64,000 bases of DNA. Source: an uncultured bacterium. Lineage in GTDB: Bacteria; Caldisericota; Caldisericia; JAAYUI01. Within the stretch, counting starts at the first letter, position 1; the number at the start of each line of letters is the position of its first letter. Of the stretch, positions 10,018-18,205 are shown piece after piece. Under the pieces are notes generated by a model, which worked only from the letters and a program-made list of their open reading frames with translations, was not told where the DNA came from and did not search any database. The DNA is taken from positions 7,059-71,058 of the forward strand of contig CBDUSO010000003.1 of the NCBI GenBank assembly GCA_965370295.1, in the 5' to 3' direction. Made by a program: the position numbers and the translations under genes.

Positions 10018-10820
10018 TGGCACTTGCAAATCTTATTGTAATTGGTCAATATATTCCACTCAAAACCATCATTCATCAGATGGATTCCAGGATGAAATTG
10101 TTTATTGCGATGTTGCTCCTTGTGTTCATTTTTATGATCAGCCATCTTGGTGCATTGGCAATATTATTTGGACTCATTTTACTGTTGAGTTTTGTTGCCA
10201 AAGTTCCGTTCATGCATCTTGTTCGAGGACTCAGACCAATTTTATTTCTCATATTGATAACCGTGGTGATTCAGATTTTTGTGGCTCCCGGCGACCCTAT
10301 CGCTCAATTCTGGGGAATCACAATCACCAAACAGGGATTGCTCTTCGCAAGTAAAATCGTCCTCAGGTTGATAACTCTTGTGTCGGTGTCGGTTATTCTA
10401 ACATTTGCAACATCACCACTTGAGCTGACATTTGCGATGGAAGCATTTATGACCCCCCTTAAGTGGGTGAGATTTCCCGTTTCAGAGGTGGCCCTGATGA
10501 TGAGCATTGCACTCCGTTTTATCCCAACACTTCTCTCAGAGGCGGATAAAATTGTGAAGGCTCAAAGCTCCAGAGGGGCAGATTTTGGATCCGGTGGATT
10601 AATCACGCGGGCTAAAGCATTCATCCCTGTGATAATCCCACTCTTTGTCTCATCGTTTAGAAGGGCTGAGGAATTGGCTCAAGCGATGGAGTCAAGATGT
10701 TTCATCACAGGCGGAAAGCGTGGAAGGCTTCATGTTGTCAAGAGCAAACCAATTGATTGGATTTTTTTGATTTTAATAATCCTGGTTCTGACAGCGTTGT
10801 ATCTCTATGCGACCCTTTAA
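10017..10820 (+). CDS. ecfT: ECF transporter transmembrane component EcfT
   Basis: 267-aa polytopic membrane protein. Its start overlaps the ecfA2 stop (TAATG). Confidence 0.8.
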   Translation: MALANLIVIGQYIPLKTIIHQMDSRMKLFIAMLLLVFIFMISHLGALAILFGLILLLSFVAKVPFMHLVRGLRPILFLILITVVIQIFVAPGDPIAQFWGITITKQGLLFASKIVLRLITLVSVSVILTFATSPLELTFAMEAFMTPLKWVRFPVSEVALMMSIALRFIPTLLSEADKIVKAQSSRGADFGSGGLITRAKAFIPVIIPLFVSSFRRAEELAQAMESRCFITGGKRGRLHVVKSKPIDWIFLILIILVLTALYLYATL

Positions 10821-11559
10821 TTATAAAGCAATAATTTCTTACGATGGAACGGATTTTTTTGGATTCCAGAGACAGTATGGTCTACCCTCAATTCAGGTTG
10901 CTTTTGAGGATGCAATTTGGGAGGGGTTAGACATTAAAACAGCGGTGTATGGCTCCTCAAGAACTGACAGAGGAGTGCATGCCTTGGGTCAGGTCATCTC
11001 TTTTTCGATTGACCGGGATATTCATCCTGCCGGCATGAAAAGTATGATAGCCGGCAATCTTCCCCCAAGTATTCGTCTTCGATCGCTGGAGAGAGCCCCA
11101 TGGGGATTTATTGCCAGGTTTGCACAGAGAACAAAGGTGTATTCGTATGTTCTTTACAACTCTGATTCTGATTCACCATTTGTGCATCGAGGCTCCTGGG
11201 TTCTTGCCAAAAAGAAAATTGATCCAGATATTCTTGAGGATACTTTTTTGAGATTCAAAGGAAAACACAACTTTGTCTGTTTTGGTAAAACCACAAAAGA
11301 GGGCAAAGAAAAAGACCCAAATTGCACAATCCTTGAGGTTGATGTGATGAAAAAAGGTGATTTTATTTCTCTCGTTCTCCGAGGGGATAGATTTCTTCAC
11401 AACATGGTCAGAAGGATTGTCGGGTACTCTGTTGAATGTGCTTTGGGCAGAGAGGATCCAGATTCTCTAAAGTCAATTTTTGCAGGGAATATGCGTCCCT
11501 CTGCTGGACAAAAAGCTCCGCCTCAGGGATTATACCTTGTTTCAGTAGACTATGAATAA
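10807..11559 (+). CDS. truA: tRNA pseudouridine(38-40) synthase
   Basis: YDGTDFFGFQRQ…RTDRGVHALGQV carries the TruA catalytic Asp motif. Confidence 0.85.
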   Translation: MRPFNYKAIISYDGTDFFGFQRQYGLPSIQVAFEDAIWEGLDIKTAVYGSSRTDRGVHALGQVISFSIDRDIHPAGMKSMIAGNLPPSIRLRSLERAPWGFIARFAQRTKVYSYVLYNSDSDSPFVHRGSWVLAKKKIDPDILEDTFLRFKGKHNFVCFGKTTKEGKEKDPNCTILEVDVMKKGDFISLVLRGDRFLHNMVRRIVGYSVECALGREDPDSLKSIFAGNMRPSAGQKAPPQGLYLVSVDYE

Positions 11560-11580
11560 ATAGCCAGTATAATCCGAGTC

Positions 11581-12234
11581 ATGAACAGTTTCATGACAGT
11601 GATAAAACTTGCTTTTGAAGTACTGATAGCCCTTTTGATGCTTGGGACATCGATATTTTTGTTTCAACATTACCGCAAGGGTGAAGATATTGCTTCGTTG
11701 CCGTTTGCAGTTTCCAGCCTCTCGTTGTTTGCATCTCAAATTGTACTGATAGTGATTCTATCTATGACCGGTGCCACATCAATGCCCACCCAGTATACGC
11801 TTCAGTATCTGCAGTGGTATGTAAGTGCTGGATATTTGCTCTTTGCAGTTGGCATCTTCTGGTCGATATTTTTCACCGGGAAAATTCTCTCAACGATAAT
11901 AATTCCAGTAATTATTTCAGCATCCATTTTTTTTGGAATCGGGTTTCTTCCCGGATTCATGGATTGGTTGCCGGCATTTCCAAATTCTGGATATTGGCTG
12001 TTGTTTTTGACGGGTGCAATATTTCTTGCGGTCTCGCTCAACTATTTCCTCCATTGGATTCGTGAAAAACAGGCCTTCAGAATCAGGATGTCCGTTGCAA
12101 CACTTCTCCTTGCCATCACCATGCTTCTGCACATGTTTTTGCCACAGAACAATTTTTATTGGTATGCCAACCAGTTTCTTAGATTTTTGGGATTTTGCAT
12201 AATTTTTTACGAGGTGCAGGTCGGACATTCATGA
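11581..12234 (+). CDS. hypothetical polytopic membrane protein
   Basis: 217-aa ORF with about 6 hydrophobic segments. I see no recognisable motif. Confidence 0.5.
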   Translation: MNSFMTVIKLAFEVLIALLMLGTSIFLFQHYRKGEDIASLPFAVSSLSLFASQIVLIVILSMTGATSMPTQYTLQYLQWYVSAGYLLFAVGIFWSIFFTGKILSTIIIPVIISASIFFGIGFLPGFMDWLPAFPNSGYWLLFLTGAIFLAVSLNYFLHWIREKQAFRIRMSVATLLLAITMLLHMFLPQNNFYWYANQFLRFLGFCIIFYEVQVGHS

Positions 12235-13124
12235 GATGGCTCTCGGTTCTGGTTTGCGTAGTTGTTGTGTTATCGACGGTATCATTTGTTGATTCACATG
12301 ATCCGGAGACTTTCATTGAAACAATTGAACCAGAAAAAATTGAACTCTTTAACAGATTTGAAAGACTCGGATTGCTCCCTCCCAGCTTTGAGCTTGATCG
12401 CATGGATGAATACGTCAGTAGAGACGATTGTATATCGCTGGTTTCTTTGTTAGTTGATTGGGGAGATAGGCTCTGGATTCAACGAACATCATCAGGATTT
12501 TCAAAAACTTTTTTGAAAATAAAACGTTTTTTCGGATACATCGATACTGATATTAAGTTTCTTGAAAATATTTCCAGCAGAGAAAATGCAACACTGCTGA
12601 TGATGGCGAGGCGGTGGAATCTCAGGGTAAACGTAGAGAGTCTTGACGTAGAGGTTTTTGGATGGGAGATGCTTGAAATGGAGTACAACGCACTCTCTCG
12701 GATGCTTTGGACGGCTGGAATTCCTAGAACGTTGATTGATGAGGTTAGTTCGGTTTTAGAAGAGTTAGGCGATATTCAGGATGAATCTGATAGTTTGTTT
12801 AACTCTGGGAAGCTGTCTGGCATGGTTGGATTGAATTCGTACAGAGGGGATAAACATCTCTGGGCTTACTACCTGACCGCACTTCAACATGAGCTGTTGC
12901 CTGGGTCCTCCGAGGAGATACATTTTAACGAAAGAAGTACTCCTCAAGAGATTTTGAACCTTGAACTTACGATGTATGAAACACTTCTTTTTGCAGACAG
13001 AATGATAGGCTATGTTGATTCGTTCACCGGCCATGTTTCTGGTTTTTACGAAAGAGTAAACCTGATGAAAGAATCAGCTGTTGTGACCTCAGGACAGATC
13101 GTTGAACTTTCAAATAGTTACTAA
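12231..13124 (+). CDS. hypothetical protein with N-terminal signal/anchor
   Basis: Start placed at ATG 12231 (MRWLSVLVCVVVVLS…), overlapping the upstream stop as ATGA. The longer track ORF starts at a TTG. Confidence 0.5.
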   Translation: MRWLSVLVCVVVVLSTVSFVDSHDPETFIETIEPEKIELFNRFERLGLLPPSFELDRMDEYVSRDDCISLVSLLVDWGDRLWIQRTSSGFSKTFLKIKRFFGYIDTDIKFLENISSRENATLLMMARRWNLRVNVESLDVEVFGWEMLEMEYNALSRMLWTAGIPRTLIDEVSSVLEELGDIQDESDSLFNSGKLSGMVGLNSYRGDKHLWAYYLTALQHELLPGSSEEIHFNERSTPQEILNLELTMYETLLFADRMIGYVDSFTGHVSGFYERVNLMKESAVVTSGQIVELSNSY

Positions 13125-13126
13125 CC

Positions 13127-13172
13127 CAAAAAAAAACAGAAAAGGACTCCTTTATTTTGAAATATAGAGTCC
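13127..13172 (-). terminator. rho-independent terminator for rpmB
   Basis: GGACTC…GAGTCC hairpin followed by a T-run on the minus strand (an A-run at 13127-13135 on the + strand). Confidence 0.5.
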
Positions 13173-13215
13173 CCTTGTTGTCCTGCTTAAGTTTTGTTAC
13201 AGAGTGTTTTTTTAG

Positions 13216-13404
13216 CTAAACTATTTCTACTTTGCCAGCTTTAAGGCATTTTGCACAGAGTTTTACTCTCTTTACTGTACCACCGATTTTGGCTCTGACA
13301 GTGTGAAGATTGGGTAACCAACGCCTCTTTGTACGGACGTGTGAATGACTGACCGTGTGACCGGTTATTGGACCTTTGCCACATATATCGCACTTTCTTG
13401 ACAT
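13216..13404 (-). CDS. rpmB: 50S ribosomal protein L28
   Basis: [33 protein letters not shown]… is a canonical L28. Confidence 0.85.
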   Translation of the reverse strand: MSRKCDICGKGPITGHTVSHSHVRTKRRWLPNLHTVRAKIGGTVKRVKLCAKCLKAGKVEIV

Positions 13405-13491
13405 TATTCTTCGACCTCCTGGTTATTGACGAACATGTAATCTACCATTCTTTTTGCGTTGTACAAGTGAGGAAAAGGAAAATGAATGTAG

Positions 13492-13519
13492 TTGACATGA
13501 AGTGCATAAGGGATACAAT
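13492..13519 (+). promoter_or_regulatory. candidate sigma70 promoter for rplM-rpsI
   Basis: TTGACA-N16-TACAAT about 25 nt upstream of the rplM RBS (AGGAGG). Confidence 0.45.
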
Positions 13520-13543
13520 TCATGCTTCGGTTAGGAGGATACC

Positions 13544-13972
13544 ATGGATACAGTATTCCCAAAGATAGAAGAGAAAGATAGAAAATGGTACTTGGTTGAT
13601 GCCCAGGAAGCACCTGTTGGCAGATTGGCAACAAAAATTGCCAGATTGCTCACAGGCAAAAATAAACCAATTTGGTCTCCACACATTGATGGTGGTGATT
13701 ATGTTGTCGTTATTAATGCAAATAAGTCCAATGTAACTGGTAACAAGAGAACGGATAAAAAATATTATTCCTACTCAGGTTATATCAGTGGGTTAAAAGA
13801 AGTTCCCTTCAGAAGAATGTTACTTAGACATCCAGAACGAATCATCGAGAGGGCTGTTTGGGGCATGCTTCCAAAGACGAGATTGGGTCGCAAGATGTAC
13901 ACAAAACTAAAAGTGTATGCCGGTGAAAGTCATCCGCATTCAGCCCAACAACCAACCAAGCTGACATTTTAA
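13544..13972 (+). CDS. rplM: 50S ribosomal protein L13
   Basis: …RKWYLVDAQEAPVGRLATKIARLLTGK… is an L13 signature. Confidence 0.9.
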   Translation: MDTVFPKIEEKDRKWYLVDAQEAPVGRLATKIARLLTGKNKPIWSPHIDGGDYVVVINANKSNVTGNKRTDKKYYSYSGYISGLKEVPFRRMLLRHPERIIERAVWGMLPKTRLGRKMYTKLKVYAGESHPHSAQQPTKLTF

Positions 13973-13983
13973 GGAGTAAATGA

Positions 13984-14364
13984 ATGTATAGAGCAACAGG
14001 AAGAAGAAAAACAGCGGTAGCCCAGGTTATTATGACCCACGGGGATGGTGAGATAGTAATCAACAACAAGCCACTCAACGATTATTATCCAAACTCTACC
14101 TATCATAGACCAATCTTTGAGCCACTTGCAGTAGTCGATCAGCTCAGAAAATATAACATCAAAGTGAAAGTTGCCGGTTCTGGAAAATCAGCTCAAGCTG
14201 GTGCGATCAGACATGCTATCGCAAGAGCCCTGGTTGTTGCAGATGCAGATCTCAAAACACAGCTCAAGAGCCATGGTTTGATGACTCGTGATGCCAGAAA
14301 AAAAGAACGTTGCAAAGCTGGACTTCGTGGAGCCAGGAAGGACAGGCAGTACCGCAAGAGATAA
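13984..14364 (+). CDS. rpsI: 30S ribosomal protein S9
   Basis: 126 aa ending in the S9 C-terminus …RKDRQYRKR. Confidence 0.9.
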   Translation: MYRATGRRKTAVAQVIMTHGDGEIVINNKPLNDYYPNSTYHRPIFEPLAVVDQLRKYNIKVKVAGSGKSAQAGAIRHAIARALVVADADLKTQLKSHGLMTRDARKKERCKAGLRGARKDRQYRKR

Positions 14365-15425
14365 TGCAACGGTCATTATTCTCGAACACAAATATCGAAT
14401 TCACAAACTCCCTGGAAGAATTATCCGGGGAGTTTTCTGATTTTAGCGAAGTATCTCTTTTTATTCCCTCGATTTGGAAATATTCCCAGTTCCCCCCAGG
14501 GGTCGAGATTGTAAATTTACTAATCAATTTTCTTGTGTCAAAAGGAACTCGAGTTCGATTACTTTATGATGGATTCAAGATGAAAGATTGGATTCAAGCG
14601 GTTGATTCAGAAAAAATTGAATTGATTGACCTGAATAGTACTCGCTACATGAGAACCGACGGGATTGGTGAAAAGAAGGTTCAACGATATGGAAAATCTG
14701 ACAATCTCCGAATCCCGATTCTCAAAAATATCTTCATTAATTCTGTAGTGATGGATTCCTCAGCAATAATTCCCATTCTTACGCCATATCCTTCAAATGT
14801 TTTTTTAGTGAACGGTGTGATAAGTTCGTTTATGTCTATCATTCCCACCGAGACAAGAACCAGAATTCTTTTAGAGGCTGGTGTTGGCAAACACCACGAT
14901 GCTCTCGTTGAATTATTCTCACTCATTTACAAAAAAGTGATTCTTGCGGTGTACGATTTTCATCACTTTTTTAATTGGTCCGGAAGTGGTGAGGTCGAAC
15001 ATGTTAAAGTTGATTCAACGCTGGTAACAACAGATGTGGTTGCGGGTGATGCACTTATTTATTCGCTGTTTGGATGGCCAAAACTAATATCAAAAAACAT
15101 TAGAACTGCGATTGATTTGAGATTGGGTGATGGGCTTCTTGATGAAACTCTTATAACAGGATGCAGACCAGAGCTACCAAAGATAAAGAGACCTGTTTCA
15201 GACCGAACGCAAATACTATTTCCATTCTCTGCGATTGTGAAGTTTCTGGTTCAGGTCAAGCCGGACTCTTGTACAGGTTGCATGGAGTGTACCTATGCGT
15301 GTCCTAACGGGTCGATTACGGTGATTGATGAGGATGTATTGGTGGATCATTCAATGTGTGTAAAATGTTTTGCCTGCGTCGATGCCTGCCCTGAATTTGT
15401 ACTCTCTATCAAAAGGAGACCCTGA
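14365..15425 (+). CDS. hypothetical protein with C-terminal 2x[4Fe-4S] ferredoxin domain
   Basis: Start placed at the ATG directly abutting the rpsI stop. The C-terminus has CTGCMECTYACP and CVKCFACVDACP motifs. Confidence 0.5.
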
Positions 15426-15681
15426 AGCCAAATTCATTTTTGATTTCGAGCATGATTGTTTCTTTTATCTCCAGGACTTCGCTGTATCTTGGACCAATTT
15501 TCAGTTCAGAGATAAAAATTGAAAGAGTTGCTTTTTCACCCTGAGCTTCAATACAAACACTTCCATTAATAAGATTTTTGACAAACCCGGTTACTCCCAA
15601 TTCAGTAGCCTTTTTGCGGGTAAAATTTCTAAAACCGACACCCTGAACTAATCCTTTAATCCGGACTTTTTTCCTCATCAT
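15409..15681 (-). CDS. acyP: acylphosphatase
   Basis: VRIKGLVQGVGFRNFTRKKATELGVTGFVKN is the acylphosphatase signature. Start chosen at the MMRKK ATG. It overlaps the nusB 3' end by about 26 nt. Confidence 0.65.
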   Translation of the reverse strand: MMRKKVRIKGLVQGVGFRNFTRKKATELGVTGFVKNLINGSVCIEAQGEKATLSIFISELKIGPRYSEVLEIKETIMLEIKNEFGFRVSF

Positions 15682-16087
15682 TTTTCTTCTCAAGCTCCCT
15701 AAAGATTCCACCAAGAATTCCGTTTACAAAACGACCTGACTCGTCACCGCCAAACTTTTTCCCAAGTCGAACTGCCTGGTCAATAACGACAGATGATGGT
15801 GTTTCTTCGGGGTGGAGGAGTTCAAATACTGCCATCCTGATGATTGAAAGATCAACCTTGTGGAGTCGGTCCAGCTTCCAGTTGTTGAGTCTTGCTGAGA
15901 TTAGTTCATCAATTTTTGCAAGACTGGCGAGTGTTCCTTCAAAAATACTGTTTGCAAATTCACCAACCTCCGAGTCGACGGTTGATGTTTTTAGAACATT
16001 TTTTCCAGCAAGTTCCAGATCGCCATTCCAAAAACACCCAGCGAAGAGCATCTGAAGAGCTAGTTCTCTGCCAGCTCTTCTGTTCAT
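15656..16087 (-). CDS. nusB: transcription antitermination factor NusB
   Basis: MNRRAGRELALQMLF… plus a NusB fold signature. Confidence 0.8.
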   Translation of the reverse strand: MNRRAGRELALQMLFAGCFWNGDLELAGKNVLKTSTVDSEVGEFANSIFEGTLASLAKIDELISARLNNWKLDRLHKVDLSIIRMAVFELLHPEETPSSVVIDQAVRLGKKFGGDESGRFVNGILGGIFRELEKKNDEEKSPD

Positions 16088-16111
16088 CTGGAGACAATCC
16101 CTTCGGTTGGA

Positions 16112-16675
16112 TTATTTGTTTGCACGTTCAAGATATAAACCAGTTCGTGTATCCACCTTAATTTCTTCGCCCTCCTCAATAAAAAGAGGCACCTGGCAAA
16201 TATAACCAGATTCGAGAGTTGCTGATTTTGTGCCAGCTTGAGCACGGTCCCCTTTGAAACCAGGTTCAGTTTCGGTTACTTTCAAAATCACAAAGTTGGC
16301 AAGCTCGATACCAACCTGTTTTCCTTTGAAAAATGATACTTCAATCATCTCGTTTTCTTTGAGAAAATTTGCAGAGCTTCCAAGATCGCCCCTCATTAAG
16401 GTCAGCTGTTCGTAGTTGTCTACATCCATGAAAATGTATTCATCACCTTGGGAGTAGAGATACTGCATCTTTCTGTGGTCAAGAAACGCCGGTTTGAATT
16501 TTTCGTTTGGTCGGAATGTTTTTTCGATGGTTGATCCGTTGTTTACATTTTTTATCTTCAAGCGGACATGAGCAGTGCCTTTGCCGGGTTTTACGTGGTG
16601 GTATTCGACGCAAATCCAGAGATCATCGTCCATCTCAAATGTTCTACCTGATCTTAAGTCGTTTGCTGTAATCAT
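16112..16675 (-). CDS. efp: elongation factor P
   Basis: 187 aa with the KPGKG loop (…VKPGKGTAHVRLKIKN…). Confidence 0.9.
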   Translation of the reverse strand: MITANDLRSGRTFEMDDDLWICVEYHHVKPGKGTAHVRLKIKNVNNGSTIEKTFRPNEKFKPAFLDHRKMQYLYSQGDEYIFMDVDNYEQLTLMRGDLGSSANFLKENEMIEVSFFKGKQVGIELANFVILKVTETEPGFKGDRAQAGTKSATLESGYICQVPLFIEEGEEIKVDTRTGLYLERANK

Positions 16676-16776
16676 TATTCCTCCTTGGAATCATAAAGAT
16701 TATATCGACCATCACGTTCCTGTCAACGAACCATCTAGCTTGACTACCTTACGTAAAACTAATATCATGTTGCTAG

Positions 16777-17601
16777 ATGCTTTATCTACCAAAAGGCGAG
16801 TTGATATTTGATATGCTACCAGTTAGCTCAGTTTCTATTGACGAGTTGCTGGACGGAGATAAAGAGATTAAGCGTTTGATCGAGGTGCATACTTCGGATT
16901 CCTCAAATGCATTCATCACCCATGGACACGATGTAATCTTTGGTTTTGAGTTTCGTGAGGAGATAATCCATCTTGGGGATTTGAGCATTACAAAAATTCT
17001 TTCAGACATCAAACAGAATCCATCAAAAATTTCCATCAGCAAACTTGACGAGACGCTGTGCAAATTTTATTCAGATTTGATGGTTGTGGTGCCGAGGTAT
17101 CAAAATCTGGATACCAGATATTTCTCCCTGTGGCGTTTCTCAGATGTGATTGCTGAGGGGGGTTTGAGCGGTTATATTAGTGTTCAATTCCCGGGTGGAA
17201 CGTTGTGGTCAACGTATCTTGATGGCGTAAATACCGGTGGATATTTAGTTCAAGCAGAAAAAGGAAGAACAGAGAGACTGACAACAAAACAGATATTGGA
17301 ACAATCTGTAAGGCTCACCGGCAGAATTGATTTCCACGAGCTGACCAGGAAAGAAACATTTCATATCAAAGAGGAAACGATACTGTCCAGAAGCGATTCC
17401 TTTTTTGATATTATAGACACCGACTCACAACCACAGAGAAGAATTATCAAACAATTTGGAGAGATGGGGATTGAAATAGCCATGAGCTTTGACGGGGTTC
17501 GTTCAGTTTTGCGAATTGCATCAGAATCCAGAGAGCCGGTTGAACGAGTATTGTCGCTTGCAGGTTTTCTTATTCAGTTAAAAATTCTTGAACAGAAGTA
17601 A
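16777..17601 (+). CDS. hypothetical protein
   Basis: 274-aa ORF with no recognisable motif. Divergent from efp. Confidence 0.4.
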   Translation: MLYLPKGELIFDMLPVSSVSIDELLDGDKEIKRLIEVHTSDSSNAFITHGHDVIFGFEFREEIIHLGDLSITKILSDIKQNPSKISISKLDETLCKFYSDLMVVVPRYQNLDTRYFSLWRFSDVIAEGGLSGYISVQFPGGTLWSTYLDGVNTGGYLVQAEKGRTERLTTKQILEQSVRLTGRIDFHELTRKETFHIKEETILSRSDSFFDIIDTDSQPQRRIIKQFGEMGIEIAMSFDGVRSVLRIASESREPVERVLSLAGFLIQLKILEQK

Positions 17602-17610
17602 GGGAGTTTC

Positions 17611-18174
17611 ATGGACGAAAATAAACAAATACAAATTAAACACAGCACACCTGAAAGATTGGCGATGCCCTTTGTCAGATATTTTTTCTTTAGACAAGAA
17701 AAGCGTGCCTCCTCCAGAGGTTTGGCGTTGGTCACAAAAGGGATTTGGGAGATGTTTGGTGCTAGAAAAGCCAAATCCATTCTTTATTATGTTGGAAGAC
17801 AGGCGGGACGAGAGATCTCAGAGGCAACGGAAGTAGAATACAAAACGAGCAGAGCAAAGAGCTGGTCAGAACTTCTTGGAAACATCGAAATATTCTGCGA
17901 CTTGCTTGCTGGAGCAAAGGGAAAAATAGTTTCAGCCACAGAAAATCAAGCGATAATCCATCTCTATGACTCTCCATCATGTTATAAATTGTCAGGATTC
18001 TCCGAGCCTTGTTGTGATTATATGGCAGGTATTTTTGCCTCACTCCCCCCGTTTGATTTTGATGGAGCTCAAGCAAGTTGCAAAGAAATCAGATGCAAAG
18101 GCAACGACCCAGATATTGATTATTGTGAGTTCGAATTGAATGTTGTCTGGCCAAACGGGAAGATGCCAGAATAG
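17611..18174 (+). CDS. hypothetical protein (possibly V4R-like, Cys-containing)
   Basis: AAGGGAG RBS upstream. A C-terminal CYKLSGFSEPCCDY motif loosely resembles V4R/hydrocarbon-binding domains. Confidence 0.4.
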   Translation: MDENKQIQIKHSTPERLAMPFVRYFFFRQEKRASSRGLALVTKGIWEMFGARKAKSILYYVGRQAGREISEATEVEYKTSRAKSWSELLGNIEIFCDLLAGAKGKIVSATENQAIIHLYDSPSCYKLSGFSEPCCDYMAGIFASLPPFDFDGAQASCKEIRCKGNDPDIDYCEFELNVVWPNGKMPE

Positions 18175-18205
18175 TTAGGATAAACAAACTACCGTCCTTT
18201 TTTTA

